A stretch of DNA of 64,000 nucleotides from an uncultured Candidatus Saccharibacteria bacterium (GTDB lineage: Bacteria; Patescibacteriota; Minisyncoccia; Phycocordibacterales; DAORIS01): positions 323,712 to 387,711 of the forward strand of contig CAZXUH010000001.1 of assembly GCA_964644035.1 (NCBI GenBank), written 5' to 3'. Below are positions 34,331 to 43,260 of the stretch, in pieces. The translations under genes were made by a program, and so were the position numbers. A model generated the notes under the pieces. That model did not search any database. It had not been told where the DNA came from and saw nothing but the letters and a program-made list of their open reading frames with translations. Within the stretch, counting starts at the first letter, position 1, and each line of letters opens with the position of its first letter.

Positions 34331-35002
34331 TCAATACTCAGCGTTGAGCAAAGCCCAATTTTCGTTTGCCTTGGGCTTGATCGCGTCTGAACCTTGTTTA
34401 CAGAGAGGACAATCGGTTATTTCCCAAACCGGCAAAGAGCGCTCGACTAAACTCACAACTCGCCTACCGTTGACCTGTTTGAGACCAGAACGATTGACCA
34501 ACACACCGATGAACGGAAGAACTATTCCACCTGCCTCGTTGACGGCATTTACCACCTTTTCAACACTGCCACCGGTTGTAAGCACGTCTTCAACAAGCAA
34601 AATCCTCTCTTCGCGACGGATGACTGTCTTGTTGAAAACCATGGCTTCGTTGTATCCCTTGGTGGTTACCTTTTCGGTATACGCGCGAAGACAAGACTGT
34701 TCAGTTTGCATCGAGATCTGACGTGCCATATCGTGGGCAATCGTAATTGCCCCCATTGCCGGACCGACAACCCGATCCACTTGTTGCAGATGCAAACCAT
34801 TCACGTTGAGCTTATGCATGAGGTCAAACACTGCCTCATCGAGAAAGCGAGGGTCTTCCATGACCAATTCGCTGTTGAAAAACCCGCTCGAATGTTTGCC
34901 AGAACTGAGTAGAGCATGCGGCCGTTTCGGATTGCCGTCATGCATCCACAGAGCATTGCGTTGCTCGTACTGCTTGATCCAAAGCGCTTCATTTCTCACC
35001 AT
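34331..35002 (-). CDS. pyrE: Type I phosphoribosyltransferase, orotate phosphoribosyltransferase-like
   Basis: PRPP-binding motif RILLVEDVLTTGGSVEKVV and an N-terminal hood resembling PyrE (ALLSSGKHSSGFFNSEL). C-terminal extension ITDCPLCKQG. Confidence 0.65.
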   Translation of the reverse strand: MVRNEALWIKQYEQRNALWMHDGNPKRPHALLSSGKHSSGFFNSELVMEDPRFLDEAVFDLMHKLNVNGLHLQQVDRVVGPAMGAITIAHDMARQISMQTEQSCLRAYTEKVTTKGYNEAMVFNKTVIRREERILLVEDVLTTGGSVEKVVNAVNEAGGIVLPFIGVLVNRSGLKQVNGRRVVSLVERSLPVWEITDCPLCKQGSDAIKPKANENWALLNAEY

Positions 35003-35184
35003 AGGTCACCCTTTCAATGTTCAAATAATACGCTTAAGGTGGTATAAGACCTTGTCGAACAGTCGACTCTGTGGCCAGATTAGACCAAAACCCCCTTTAA
35101 ATCAAATAAAAAAACTGCTCACAACGTTTCCTTAATATCTCTTTTTTCGCTACAATACACAGTATTGACGGCGTTTACACTACA

Positions 35185-36243
35185 ATGTCTTCACATTCTC
35201 AACATTCGCACTATCATCACAAACACAGAAGACGACGCATACTTAAGATTTCTGGTCTTGCCTTGGTTCTCATCCTGATTGGCTTTATTTTATTCATGTC
35301 TTTGCCATCGTTGATTGCGTATAAAGAAGAATATCAGCAGAAAATCATCCTTTCAGAAATGACTGAACAATTCCCTGTCTCAGTCGATCCAAGAAATAAA
35401 ACGATTAAAGAAGATGAGAATATAGAAGCTTTTCTCGAAAGTCCTCACTCTCCTCTTGTATCAAATGTATTGCATGCTGGTCGTTCATTTTGGTCACGAT
35501 TCAACAGAACGGCACTGAGTATTGTTTCAGCACCATGGTATCAAAGCATAGCTTCAGTCAGCGGACGATTGGTCGTTATTACTCCTGGTATGAGAAAGGA
35601 GGAAGTAGCGTCAATGTTTGCCAAAGCATTGCGCTGGGATGAAAAACAAAAACAGCAATTTGTTACGCCACAAGGAGATTCAACACTTCCTTTGAAGGAA
35701 GGTTCATTTGCACCAGGTACGTATTTTTTACCCATTGGAACTAGTCCTGAAAATGCTCAGATAATAGTAAATCAGCGTTTTACCGATGAAGTGCTCTCTA
35801 GATACAGCGATTCGACCGAAGAAATAGTGCCGCTCGAACAAGCACTTATTGTCGCTTCGCTTATTCAACGTGAAACGATAGAAAATGAAGATATGCGACT
35901 CATATCAGGTATTATTTGGAATCGACTCTTTATCAATATGAAACTTCAAGTAGACGCTACTCTTCAATACGCAAAGACCAATCAAAAAACTGCTCAAAAC
36001 TGGTGGCCAAAAGTCGTGCCTGCAGATAAATATATAAAGTCAGCTTATAATACGTATCAAAATAAAGGCTTACCTCCTGCACCTATTGCCAACCCTTCGG
36101 TTGCTGCTATTGTCGCCGCTCTCAATCCTATAAAAACACCTTGCATCTTTTATTTCAATGATTTAAAAGGAGATTTTCATTGCAGCGTCACCTACGAAGA
36201 ACATGTTGCACTTTTGAAAGAACACTACGGCCGAGGAAGATAG
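35185..36243 (+). CDS. mltG: Endolytic murein transglycosylase MltG (YceG family)
   Basis: N-terminal TM. C-terminal YceG signature ...NKGLPPAPIANPSVAAIVAALNPIKTPCIFYF...FHCSVTYEEHVALLKEHY. Confidence 0.8.
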   Translation: MSSHSQHSHYHHKHRRRRILKISGLALVLILIGFILFMSLPSLIAYKEEYQQKIILSEMTEQFPVSVDPRNKTIKEDENIEAFLESPHSPLVSNVLHAGRSFWSRFNRTALSIVSAPWYQSIASVSGRLVVITPGMRKEEVASMFAKALRWDEKQKQQFVTPQGDSTLPLKEGSFAPGTYFLPIGTSPENAQIIVNQRFTDEVLSRYSDSTEEIVPLEQALIVASLIQRETIENEDMRLISGIIWNRLFINMKLQVDATLQYAKTNQKTAQNWWPKVVPADKYIKSAYNTYQNKGLPPAPIANPSVAAIVAALNPIKTPCIFYFNDLKGDFHCSVTYEEHVALLKEHYGRGR

Positions 36244-36335
36244 TAAACAAAAAAAACTTGTTTTTCTTCTCTCCAAGAGTAAGATGAGGGTGGACATTGT
36301 TGTACCAAGAATGCATTCATTTTTGAAAGGAAATT

Positions 36336-36476
36336 ATGAATCCTCTTTCATGGTTTATTTTGGTTGTTATCGTGGTTGCCGCAGGAATATTGTCTGCCCG
36401 CATGATACGTTCCAAATTGCCTGAAGGTAGTCAGGGCAACAAAAAGCCCGGCAAGTCTCGAATACATTTCAGATGA
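36336..36476 (+). CDS. Possible 46-aa single-TM micro-protein
   Basis: MNPLSWFILVVIVVAAGILSARMIRSKLPEGSQGNKKPGKSRIHFR, with SD GAAAGGAA and a terminator (AACCGTCCatttTGGACGGTT + T-run) at 36503-36532. Below the track cutoff. Confidence 0.3.
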   Translation: MNPLSWFILVVIVVAAGILSARMIRSKLPEGSQGNKKPGKSRIHFR

Positions 36477-36529
36477 ACCGATCACATAACTACCTATTCC
36501 TCAACCGTCCATTTTGGACGGTTTTTATT

Positions 36530-36558
36530 TTGACATAACATATTTAAAATGATATAAT
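36530..36558 (+). promoter_or_regulatory. Consensus promoter TTGACA-17-TATAAT whose -35 is fused to the preceding terminator U-run
   Basis: ggtttttattTTGACAtaacatatttaaaatgaTATAAT, followed by SD AAAGGAG and ATG 36596. Confidence 0.55.
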
Positions 36559-36595
36559 ATTAAAAGAGTTATTTTTTCACTTACAAAGGAGCAGT

Positions 36596-36895
36596 ATGTC
36601 AGAGTCACGAACACCAATCGAGGTCGACAATGACGACAAAGTTCAACGCAAACGCATAACTACCGCCTTTAAGGCAATTTTTCTCCCCTCCAAGCCGAAA
36701 ACGCCTGAAGAATTGGCCGAGCAGCTTAAAAAAGATCTACTAGGCACCCTAATTCATTGCGGAATGGTTGATAGCGATGACATCGAAACATTTATCGATG
36801 ACATCGCCGAGCAATACAATTTTGACATTACAGCCGTTCGCGCATCATTTGAGACCGCCTGGGAAAGCACCAAGAAAATCGTTGCTGGTCCCTAA
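36596..36895 (+). CDS. Hypothetical acidic protein
   Basis: 99 aa. Terminator AACCCGtgggagCGGGTT + TTTCTTTTATTT at 36920-36946. Confidence 0.5.
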   Translation: MSESRTPIEVDNDDKVQRKRITTAFKAIFLPSKPKTPEELAEQLKKDLLGTLIHCGMVDSDDIETFIDDIAEQYNFDITAVRASFETAWESTKKIVAGP

Positions 36896-36952
36896 CTGCA
36901 CACTTCCCGCCTCTACGGAAACCCGTGGGAGCGGGTTTTCTTTTATTTAGAA

Positions 36953-37840
36953 TTATTTTTTTATAAGTACGCCGTAAATAAAGTTGCACGGAAGTTCGAG
37001 TTTACCAAGAAAGTTTGAAGCGAGTTGGTACGTATCTTTATTTTCTTCAAGAAATCGTTCTACTGCGAGCATTGGCGAAGTTTCATGTCCATAAAATCCC
37101 TGATCCCACGTATCCTGCATAAGAATCACATCACCAGATTGAAGCATAGGTGCAAATGCACACAGTTCATTATAGGTATGCTGATATGAATGATCGTCAT
37201 CAAAAGAAAACAGTACTTTCTGACCAGGTTTTCTTTGTGCGATAAAAGATGAGACTTCTTGTTTGCAATCGAGCGTGCTTTTGCCAAAAAGTGATTTTAC
37301 TTTATCCCATGTCTTATATCTATCGTGGAAAACCCCTGCCCTTTCAACGTCATTGTCTGAAATATCTATTGTCAAAATCTGCGGACTGCAGTATTTTTGC
37401 GCTAGTTCATAATAAAAGACCGTTGAACCTCCAGAAGCCGTACCAAAATCAACAATTATTTCAGGTTTAAATTCTGAGAATATAAGGGGTATGTTTTTAT
37501 CGATATCAGTATTGACCTGTAAGAAAGGCATCGTTGCGCCATTCCTGTTTAGATTGTTGTGAGCCCAACCTATATCCTTGCCATCTTTTTTAATATGACC
37601 AAGCGCTGGATAACCCAATACATTTTCACCTGAGAAAAACTGTATATTGTTTGTAAGATTTACTTTTTGAGGATGCACTTTTGCAACATGTTCTTTCAGA
37701 CCAGAGAGGAGTTTGGCTTCTCGACGTGAGAAAAGCGACATTTGAGCCTGCTTTATATAGTAGGCAATAATATTTCTGACATACAACACATAGTGATACG
37801 CCTTTTTCAGGCCAGGGATTCTTTTGATTGATTGCAACAT
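36953..37840 (-). CDS. CmcI-family (cephalosporin hydroxylase-like / macrocin-O-MT-like) class I SAM-dependent methyltransferase
   Basis: PEIIVDFGTASGGSTVFY (IVEIGTxxGGS-type) and overall length are typical of PF04989. Confidence 0.5.
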   Translation of the reverse strand: MLQSIKRIPGLKKAYHYVLYVRNIIAYYIKQAQMSLFSRREAKLLSGLKEHVAKVHPQKVNLTNNIQFFSGENVLGYPALGHIKKDGKDIGWAHNNLNRNGATMPFLQVNTDIDKNIPLIFSEFKPEIIVDFGTASGGSTVFYYELAQKYCSPQILTIDISDNDVERAGVFHDRYKTWDKVKSLFGKSTLDCKQEVSSFIAQRKPGQKVLFSFDDDHSYQHTYNELCAFAPMLQSGDVILMQDTWDQGFYGHETSPMLAVERFLEENKDTYQLASNFLGKLELPCNFIYGVLIKK

Positions 37841-37860
37841 ATAGAGGGATTCAGGAATGA

Positions 37861-38187
37861 TTAGAGACCGTTCTGAGCGTGCAACGATGCAGATGAAACT
37901 GACGCTTGTGTATCGTGAGGCACGTTTTTGAGTGCCACTATTTCATCTGTAAGTTTTTTGTTTTCCTTTTTGAGTTTAGAAATAGCAAAAGTACTTTTTA
38001 GTGCTCCAGGGATAGTAAGAAGAACGCTGATAATCGCTCCGACAAGTCCTGAGAGCAAAATAATGATTGCAACAGATGAAGTCAGTTCCCATACGAGAAA
38101 CGTGACTGTAACAGGAAAAAGGTTCTGCAATGCAAACGTAACCGATACTGCTCCAATAATAAGTCCTAAAATAAGTGAAAGTAACAT
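37861..38187 (-). CDS. LapA/YciS-like (DUF1049) membrane protein
   Basis: Two N-terminal TM followed by a coiled coil (LKKENKKLTDEIVALK). Confidence 0.45.
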   Translation of the reverse strand: MLLSLILGLIIGAVSVTFALQNLFPVTVTFLVWELTSSVAIIILLSGLVGAIISVLLTIPGALKSTFAISKLKKENKKLTDEIVALKNVPHDTQASVSSASLHAQNGL

Positions 38188-38204
38188 ATAAATATTCTTA
38201 ATTT

Positions 38205-38564
38205 TTATTTTTCCTGATTATCAAGCTTTGCTGCCGCTTCGGGAGTTGATACGGTCTTACCCATGAGGAAAAGTTTAATAATACCCATAGCAACTACCCA
38301 GTAGACGAACATTGCAAGAAGTGTTGTCCATTCAAAAACGCTGCCAGCAACTCGAGTAATACCAAAGACATTGAGAAATGGAGCTGCAAAAATATAAGTT
38401 ATACCGTAAATAAAGCTTGTAAAACCAGCTTCAGGATTTGCACCGAGAAGCTTTAGTACAAATCTAAATGCAAGCAAGACTTCGATAAGACCGAAAATAT
38501 ACCAGACAATTTGAGTACCACGATAGAGAGGTTTGGTACTTGATGATGTATACGATGAGTCCAT
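38205..38564 (-). CDS. YggT-like small membrane protein
   Basis: VLKLLGANPEAGFTSFIYGITYIFAAPFLNVFG loosely resembles the YggT repeat (ILSWFP.NP...FLY.LTEPLL.PFR). 119 aa. Confidence 0.35.
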   Translation of the reverse strand: MDSSYTSSSTKPLYRGTQIVWYIFGLIEVLLAFRFVLKLLGANPEAGFTSFIYGITYIFAAPFLNVFGITRVAGSVFEWTTLLAMFVYWVVAMGIIKLFLMGKTVSTPEAAAKLDNQEK

Positions 38565-38811
38565 AAAGATTAAAGATATTACTGCTTGTAAACGTACCTT
38601 GAGTATACACCCATATCCTCTTTTTTGAGAAATGCCCCCATCTTGCCAGTATTAGCAATATGAGATAAATATATCTTAGTAACAGCTTTCCCGCTGAAGA
38701 GCCCATCTACGTATCACGCGTAGCTCTGGGCTTTTTATTTTGACAATACATCGACAATACTCTAGTGTTTTATTGAATTACGTTCTTTACCAACTCTTAC
38801 CTAGGAGATAT

Positions 38812-39372
38812 ATGGATCAAGAAACGGAAAAAACGCTTCAGCGAATGATGATTACCGGCACCGTATTTATGTGGGTCCACACTGCCAACCTACTGATTGT
38901 TTCAATGGCGAGAAATTTGTCCGCAATAGAACGTGAATATGTCTTTGAAGACGGTCCTGAGCTTGGGCTCAAATATAGACAGGCAGGAATTCATCTGTGG
39001 CCACATCTAGCAGAAAAACATGTCGGAGCATTTGAGCAGGCCCAAAAATACGACGCCGAGCTGGATAAAAAATTGGAAATGTCTGGCACCGACAAACAGA
39101 AGAGGGAGAATTTGAGAACTTTGGTGTTGGTGGCCAATTTATACAACTTAGACAAAGAAGATTTTAGGTGTCCGGATCTAGAACGAATTCTGAAACACCT
39201 TGAATACATGCACTCCGAGGGTCATATCAATCGGATGAAAAATATGGGTCAAAGAATTGAGTATTTCGAGGAAATTCAACTATTTGTCCGAGAAATGCGA
39301 CAGAGCACCAGAATTTTGATATGGCGTAAAAATCAAATCAAGGAAAACACTGATCAAACAAAAACAGATTGA
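38812..39372 (+). CDS. Hypothetical protein
   Basis: Start at MDQETEKTLQ with SD TAGGAGAT; the track ORF starts earlier at 38740. Terminator GCCGCCATgaaaATGGCGG + T-run at 39378-39406. Confidence 0.5.
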   Translation: MDQETEKTLQRMMITGTVFMWVHTANLLIVSMARNLSAIEREYVFEDGPELGLKYRQAGIHLWPHLAEKHVGAFEQAQKYDAELDKKLEMSGTDKQKRENLRTLVLVANLYNLDKEDFRCPDLERILKHLEYMHSEGHINRMKNMGQRIEYFEEIQLFVREMRQSTRILIWRKNQIKENTDQTKTD

Positions 39373-39467
39373 CACGAGCCGCCATGAAAATGGCGGTCTT
39401 TTTTATTACTTGCCTTCCTGAGCGATTGGAGTAGTATCGTTATAGACACTTTTACAAGGAGTATTAG

Positions 39468-39899
39468 ATGAATACTGTCAGCGAAAGTTCACTTGGTCAG
39501 CTCGAGCAACGAGAATACGATCGAAACAGGTTCATCGTAAAGATGATCCAGGATATCGAGCGGGCAGAAGAGGATCTTTTACCGAAACATGGAATTGAAA
39601 AATTCAGCGCTGACCTAGTCGTCGCCATTGCGCTGCAACTTCGGGAACGAGCAGAAGATCGAACTCCAAAACCCCCGGCTGTGAACACCTGCGAAGAGGT
39701 GTGGAATTTCTTCCACACTCAAATCTGGCCTCGAATCATCAATTTCAGTCCGGACACAGCCGAGCAAGATTTCATTGCTGGAAAACTGCTAGGACATGCC
39801 TACCAATCCCTCACACAACCATTCGAACGCAAATTCCTGAAAGTCACTACTGATGGCCGTGAAGATTTTTTGGATCGAGTTGAGAAACATCTGCTGTGA
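39468..39899 (+). CDS. Hypothetical protein
   Basis: 143 aa with SD CAAGGAGT. Terminator GGGGCACCGG-N8-CCGGTGCCCC + TTTTTT at 39982-40015. Confidence 0.5.
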   Translation: MNTVSESSLGQLEQREYDRNRFIVKMIQDIERAEEDLLPKHGIEKFSADLVVAIALQLRERAEDRTPKPPAVNTCEEVWNFFHTQIWPRIINFSPDTAEQDFIAGKLLGHAYQSLTQPFERKFLKVTTDGREDFLDRVEKHLL

Positions 39900-40021
39900 A
39901 CATCTCACTTGCACTTTCCTACAGTTTTGCGAGTATTACCACAGCACACGTTCCGTGCATGGCGCATTTTCTCCCCTCCGAGGGGCACCGGTATACAAGC
40001 CGGTGCCCCTTTTTTCATTCA

Positions 40022-40049
40022 TTGACAGACTGGCTTTCAGTGGTAATGT
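40022..40049 (+). promoter_or_regulatory. Sigma70 promoter TTGACA-16-TAATGT immediately after the preceding terminator
   Basis: ttgacagactggctttcagtggtaatgt, followed by SD ACGGAGG and ATG 40095. Confidence 0.5.
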
Positions 40050-40094
40050 AAAAGAGTATTAGTCCCCTACACGTCTTATTTACACGGAGGTTCT

Positions 40095-40271
40095 ATGAAC
40101 GGGAAAGTCCACGTCATCTGTCCGAACCGCAATTGTAAGCAGATAGCGGAGGTTAATGAAAACCAACGCGGTCACATGCTTAACTGTGAGCACTGCCAGA
40201 CCACGTTTCGGGTGCCGGTACACCATCCAAACCAAACCTACCCCACAAAACCGGAACCTGCTCTCCGCTAA
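40095..40271 (+). CDS. 58-aa zinc-ribbon micro-protein
   Basis: MNGKVHVICPNRNCKQIAEVNENQRGHMLNCEHCQTTFRVPV has two CxxC pairs. Own promoter, SD and terminator. Below the track cutoff. Confidence 0.4.
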   Translation: MNGKVHVICPNRNCKQIAEVNENQRGHMLNCEHCQTTFRVPVHHPNQTYPTKPEPALR

Positions 40272-40403
40272 TCAAGCTTAAAACTGCTAGCATGCAACGT
40301 GTTAGCGGTTTTTATTTACTTATTTTAATAGATTTGATTTTTATAATTAAAGGTCTACTATAGGCACTAGTAAGACGTACTTTTACTTTTATGGAGGTGC
40401 CAT

Positions 40404-41234
40404 ATGTTACGTCAATGGATTTGCATCTGCGCACTGTACAGCGTCATTTTTCCTTCTTCGCTCTCGGGTGAGGAGAAGCTGTCTGAGAGCCTGCCTAAGA
40501 ACGAGGTACTGTATCTACACTCGGTGAGCCCCATCATCCTTTTCACCAGCGAAAAAGATCGAGTGATACGAGGAACAGGTATCGTGACCGCCAATCGGAT
40601 TGAGCACATAGAGATTGGATTTGGAATAAGGATCCGATGGACTTCTTACATCCTCACTGCAAGACATTTATTTGAGGATGAAAAAGGTATTTCTCAAGAA
40701 GGCACGATTCGGGTTCTTCGAGCCAAGCAATTCAAGAAAGAAGAAATGGAATACGATGAAATTCCTGGAAAAATCGTGCGGAGATCAGCTGGTTACGATT
40801 TGACCTTGATTTCAGTTAGCAACAACGGTGCACCTTTCTTCTCTCGGCCTGTATCATTTTTAACTGGGCCATTGCCTGAGAATGCAGCAGTATATATCTG
40901 GGCTACGTCAGGAGGAGGTCTGGATCACTGGTTGGCTGAAGGCAATTATGTACGCGGCAGTCAAAGGCATACCTATGAAAATGGAAATTCTAAGGTGGAA
41001 TTTTTTACTTCAATGAATACCACCTGTAAAACACGTGCAGGTGCGAGTGGTGGTGGATTTTTCATGAAGGACGGCGGCTTGATGTGGTGTGTTGGAACGG
41101 TCACTCATACCAATGCCAAGACCTCTGTCACGTTAGGCCGTTCTGTAAGCGATATTGAAGATTTTGCTCGCCTCGAGGATCTCGGTTATGCCTTTACGTT
41201 CTACCGACCCGTTGTAACTTTAAGTACGAAATAG
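40404..41234 (+). CDS. Secreted trypsin-like (S1/chymotrypsin-fold) serine protease
   Basis: Signal peptide MLRQWICICALYSVIFPSSLSG. His (LTARHLF), Asp (YDLTLI) and Ser (AGASGGGF, cf. GDSGGP) triad motifs in canonical order. Terminator ACCACCCAGCAccatgCTGGGTGGT + TTTTTT at 41241-41270. Confidence 0.7.
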   Translation: MLRQWICICALYSVIFPSSLSGEEKLSESLPKNEVLYLHSVSPIILFTSEKDRVIRGTGIVTANRIEHIEIGFGIRIRWTSYILTARHLFEDEKGISQEGTIRVLRAKQFKKEEMEYDEIPGKIVRRSAGYDLTLISVSNNGAPFFSRPVSFLTGPLPENAAVYIWATSGGGLDHWLAEGNYVRGSQRHTYENGNSKVEFFTSMNTTCKTRAGASGGGFFMKDGGLMWCVGTVTHTNAKTSVTLGRSVSDIEDFARLEDLGYAFTFYRPVVTLSTK

Positions 41235-41269
41235 CGCGCAACCACCCAGCACCATGCTGGGTGGTTTTT

Positions 41270-41297
41270 TGACAATTTGCCTTAGTGTGTTATTATC
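41270..41297 (+). promoter_or_regulatory. Sigma70 promoter TTGACA-16-TATTAT fused to the upstream terminator U-run
   Basis: ggtggttttTTGACAatttgccttagtgtgtTATTAT, followed by SD GGAGAAGGAG and ATG 41355. Confidence 0.5.
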
Positions 41298-41354
41298 AAA
41301 CAAACAGCGTTCCTTGTCTTTTATCTTTATTCCCTCACGGGAGAAGGAGAACTT

Positions 41355-41987
41355 ATGCACCGCATGTTCACCGCAACAGTACTCGTTGTACTCGCGCTCA
41401 CTGCCGTTCCAGCGTCAGCCATTCCGACCTCCAGTTTTTTCATCGTTCCGGATGTCGGGAGTATTGGCATCAATACCAATGACATCACCTCTTCGCTGGT
41501 CCACCTCGAAGCAAACATGGTTTCCACCAAGCAGATCACGTCATTGTCGCTTCTCTACAACAACGACCCGGACAACAATCCGGCCACGCCGCAAAGCACT
41601 CTGCAAATGAGCTTCAACGGCAACATGAAAGATGCGCTTGCAGGCGATGCGCAGAATCACAACTTCCATCTGGACTGGTTCGACAACAGCGTTACGACCC
41701 TCGTTTCCCTTTCCTACTACATGCAGGAAGGTACCCAGCGCGAACAAGCAAGCGGCAGTGCATTCCTTACACCGTTTTCGATCGTCTCGAGTTCCGGCAA
41801 CTTCGGCAACTCCTTCGACAATTCCAACAACGTTTGGTTGTGGAGTGCCCATGTGACCTGGGTTCTTGAGTCACAAGCCACAATGCCACTGGCAAGCGCC
41901 AATTTTGGTTCTTTGACTGTGGTACCCGAACCCGCTACTTTGTTCCTTACAGCTTACTGTCTCGTGTTGTTGCGACGAAGAATGTGA
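41355..41987 (+). CDS. Secreted protein with C-terminal PEP-CTERM sorting signal
   Basis: N-terminal signal peptide (MHRMFTATVLVVLALTAVPASA). C-terminus ...GSLTVVPEPATLFLTAYCLVLLRRRM, i.e. PEP motif plus TM helix plus an Arg cluster. Terminator GCCGTCACATCgcaaGATGTTGGCGGC + TTTTTTTATT at 42021-42057. Confidence 0.6.
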   Translation: MHRMFTATVLVVLALTAVPASAIPTSSFFIVPDVGSIGINTNDITSSLVHLEANMVSTKQITSLSLLYNNDPDNNPATPQSTLQMSFNGNMKDALAGDAQNHNFHLDWFDNSVTTLVSLSYYMQEGTQREQASGSAFLTPFSIVSSSGNFGNSFDNSNNVWLWSAHVTWVLESQATMPLASANFGSLTVVPEPATLFLTAYCLVLLRRRM

Positions 41988-42131
41988 ATCAGACACATTC
42001 ATCCCGCAACGAAGACCAAAGCCGTCACATCGCAAGATGTTGGCGGCTTTTTTTATTGTCTATTTCCCAGCTTGTATTTTAAAATCGTAGGCGTAGTATG
42101 GAGCAAACCTCGTTCTTACAAAGGAGAGTCC

Positions 42132-42581
42132 ATGGAATCCAAGACGGTAGAAATAGACGTTATGATCAAAATGGAAGAGCATTTTCGAACCGAGAGCCGA
42201 ATGTTCTGTCGGTTCTGGCACCAATGGAGGGAAGACAAGCATATCGATATTCATGACTGCTACGTAAGGCGCAAAGACAGCAAAAAGCGCATCGACAACC
42301 TGTACACGCTTGAGAAATGGATGATTTTCCTTTTTACGCTATGCTGTTTCGCAGTAATCATCGGCTTTATAAGTGCCGGCGCGTACTATGGGAATCAATC
42401 CATGAGCATACTTGGTATCAGTTTGATTGTGCCACTCACCGCGATCTCCGGAACATGCATGTGGTATATCAACAAAATCAAGAACAAATACCACGACATC
42501 ATGGCTGCTGATCACAAGCACCTTTCCGAATTCCTGATTGCATACGATGAGAAAGCACAGACACGCCCTCTTGTAGCATGA
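42132..42581 (+). CDS. Hypothetical membrane protein
   Basis: Start at MESKTVEI with SD AAAGGAGAG. Two TM. Terminator ACAACTGATacgcaaagATCAGTTGT + TTTTTTT at 42593-42625. Confidence 0.45.
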   Translation: MESKTVEIDVMIKMEEHFRTESRMFCRFWHQWREDKHIDIHDCYVRRKDSKKRIDNLYTLEKWMIFLFTLCCFAVIIGFISAGAYYGNQSMSILGISLIVPLTAISGTCMWYINKIKNKYHDIMAADHKHLSEFLIAYDEKAQTRPLVA

Positions 42582-42653
42582 AATGAAGCAGAACAACTGA
42601 TACGCAAAGATCAGTTGTTTTTTTATATAAAAATAGGGGTGTATACTGTATAT

Positions 42654-43193
42654 ATGATAAAAAACATAATCATCGCTCTCTTATTAGTAGTCTGTGCCGT
42701 ATTTTTATTTGTTGGATATAAAGGCAATAACCAAGCTCCAGTAGTGGCTGTTAATAGTTATGAAGAATGCGTCGCTGCTGGATATGCAGTAATGGAAAGT
42801 TACCCTCCTCAATGCAAGACTCCTGACAATAAAACCTTCAAGCAAGACATAGGTAATGAATTAGAGAAGATCGACAAAATCACTGTCGACAATCCTCGCC
42901 CTAATCAAATCATTGCTAGTCCACTTCAAATTGCCGGTAAAGCACGTGGCGGCTGGTATTTTGAAGCTTCCTTCCCCGCTCACCTCCTAGATGCCAATGG
43001 TAAGGAATTGGCCGTCATGCCGATCATGGCAGATGGCGAATGGATGACAACAGACTTCGTACCCTTCAAGGCAACCATGACTTTTGCTACTCCTGAGACC
43101 ACAACTGGCACTCTTATCCTTAAAAAAGACAACCCTTCTGGCCTCCCAGAGAACGATGAACAGCTCATCATTCCAGTAGTCTTCTCGCAGTAA
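42654..43193 (+). CDS. Gmad2 immunoglobulin-like domain protein with N-terminal TM
   Basis: ...PRPNQIIASPLQIAGKARGGWYFEASFPAHLLDANGKELAVMPIMADGEWMTTDFVPFKATMTFATPETTTGTLILKKDNPSGLPENDEQLIIPVVF matches the PF10648 pattern. Start taken at MIKNIII. Confidence 0.7.
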   Translation: MIKNIIIALLLVVCAVFLFVGYKGNNQAPVVAVNSYEECVAAGYAVMESYPPQCKTPDNKTFKQDIGNELEKIDKITVDNPRPNQIIASPLQIAGKARGGWYFEASFPAHLLDANGKELAVMPIMADGEWMTTDFVPFKATMTFATPETTTGTLILKKDNPSGLPENDEQLIIPVVFSQ

Positions 43194-43260
43194 TACCCCT
43201 CAACCTAGGCCTTTAATACCCTTTGGCAATGGGTAGTGGACATAGTATAATAGATAGCCA

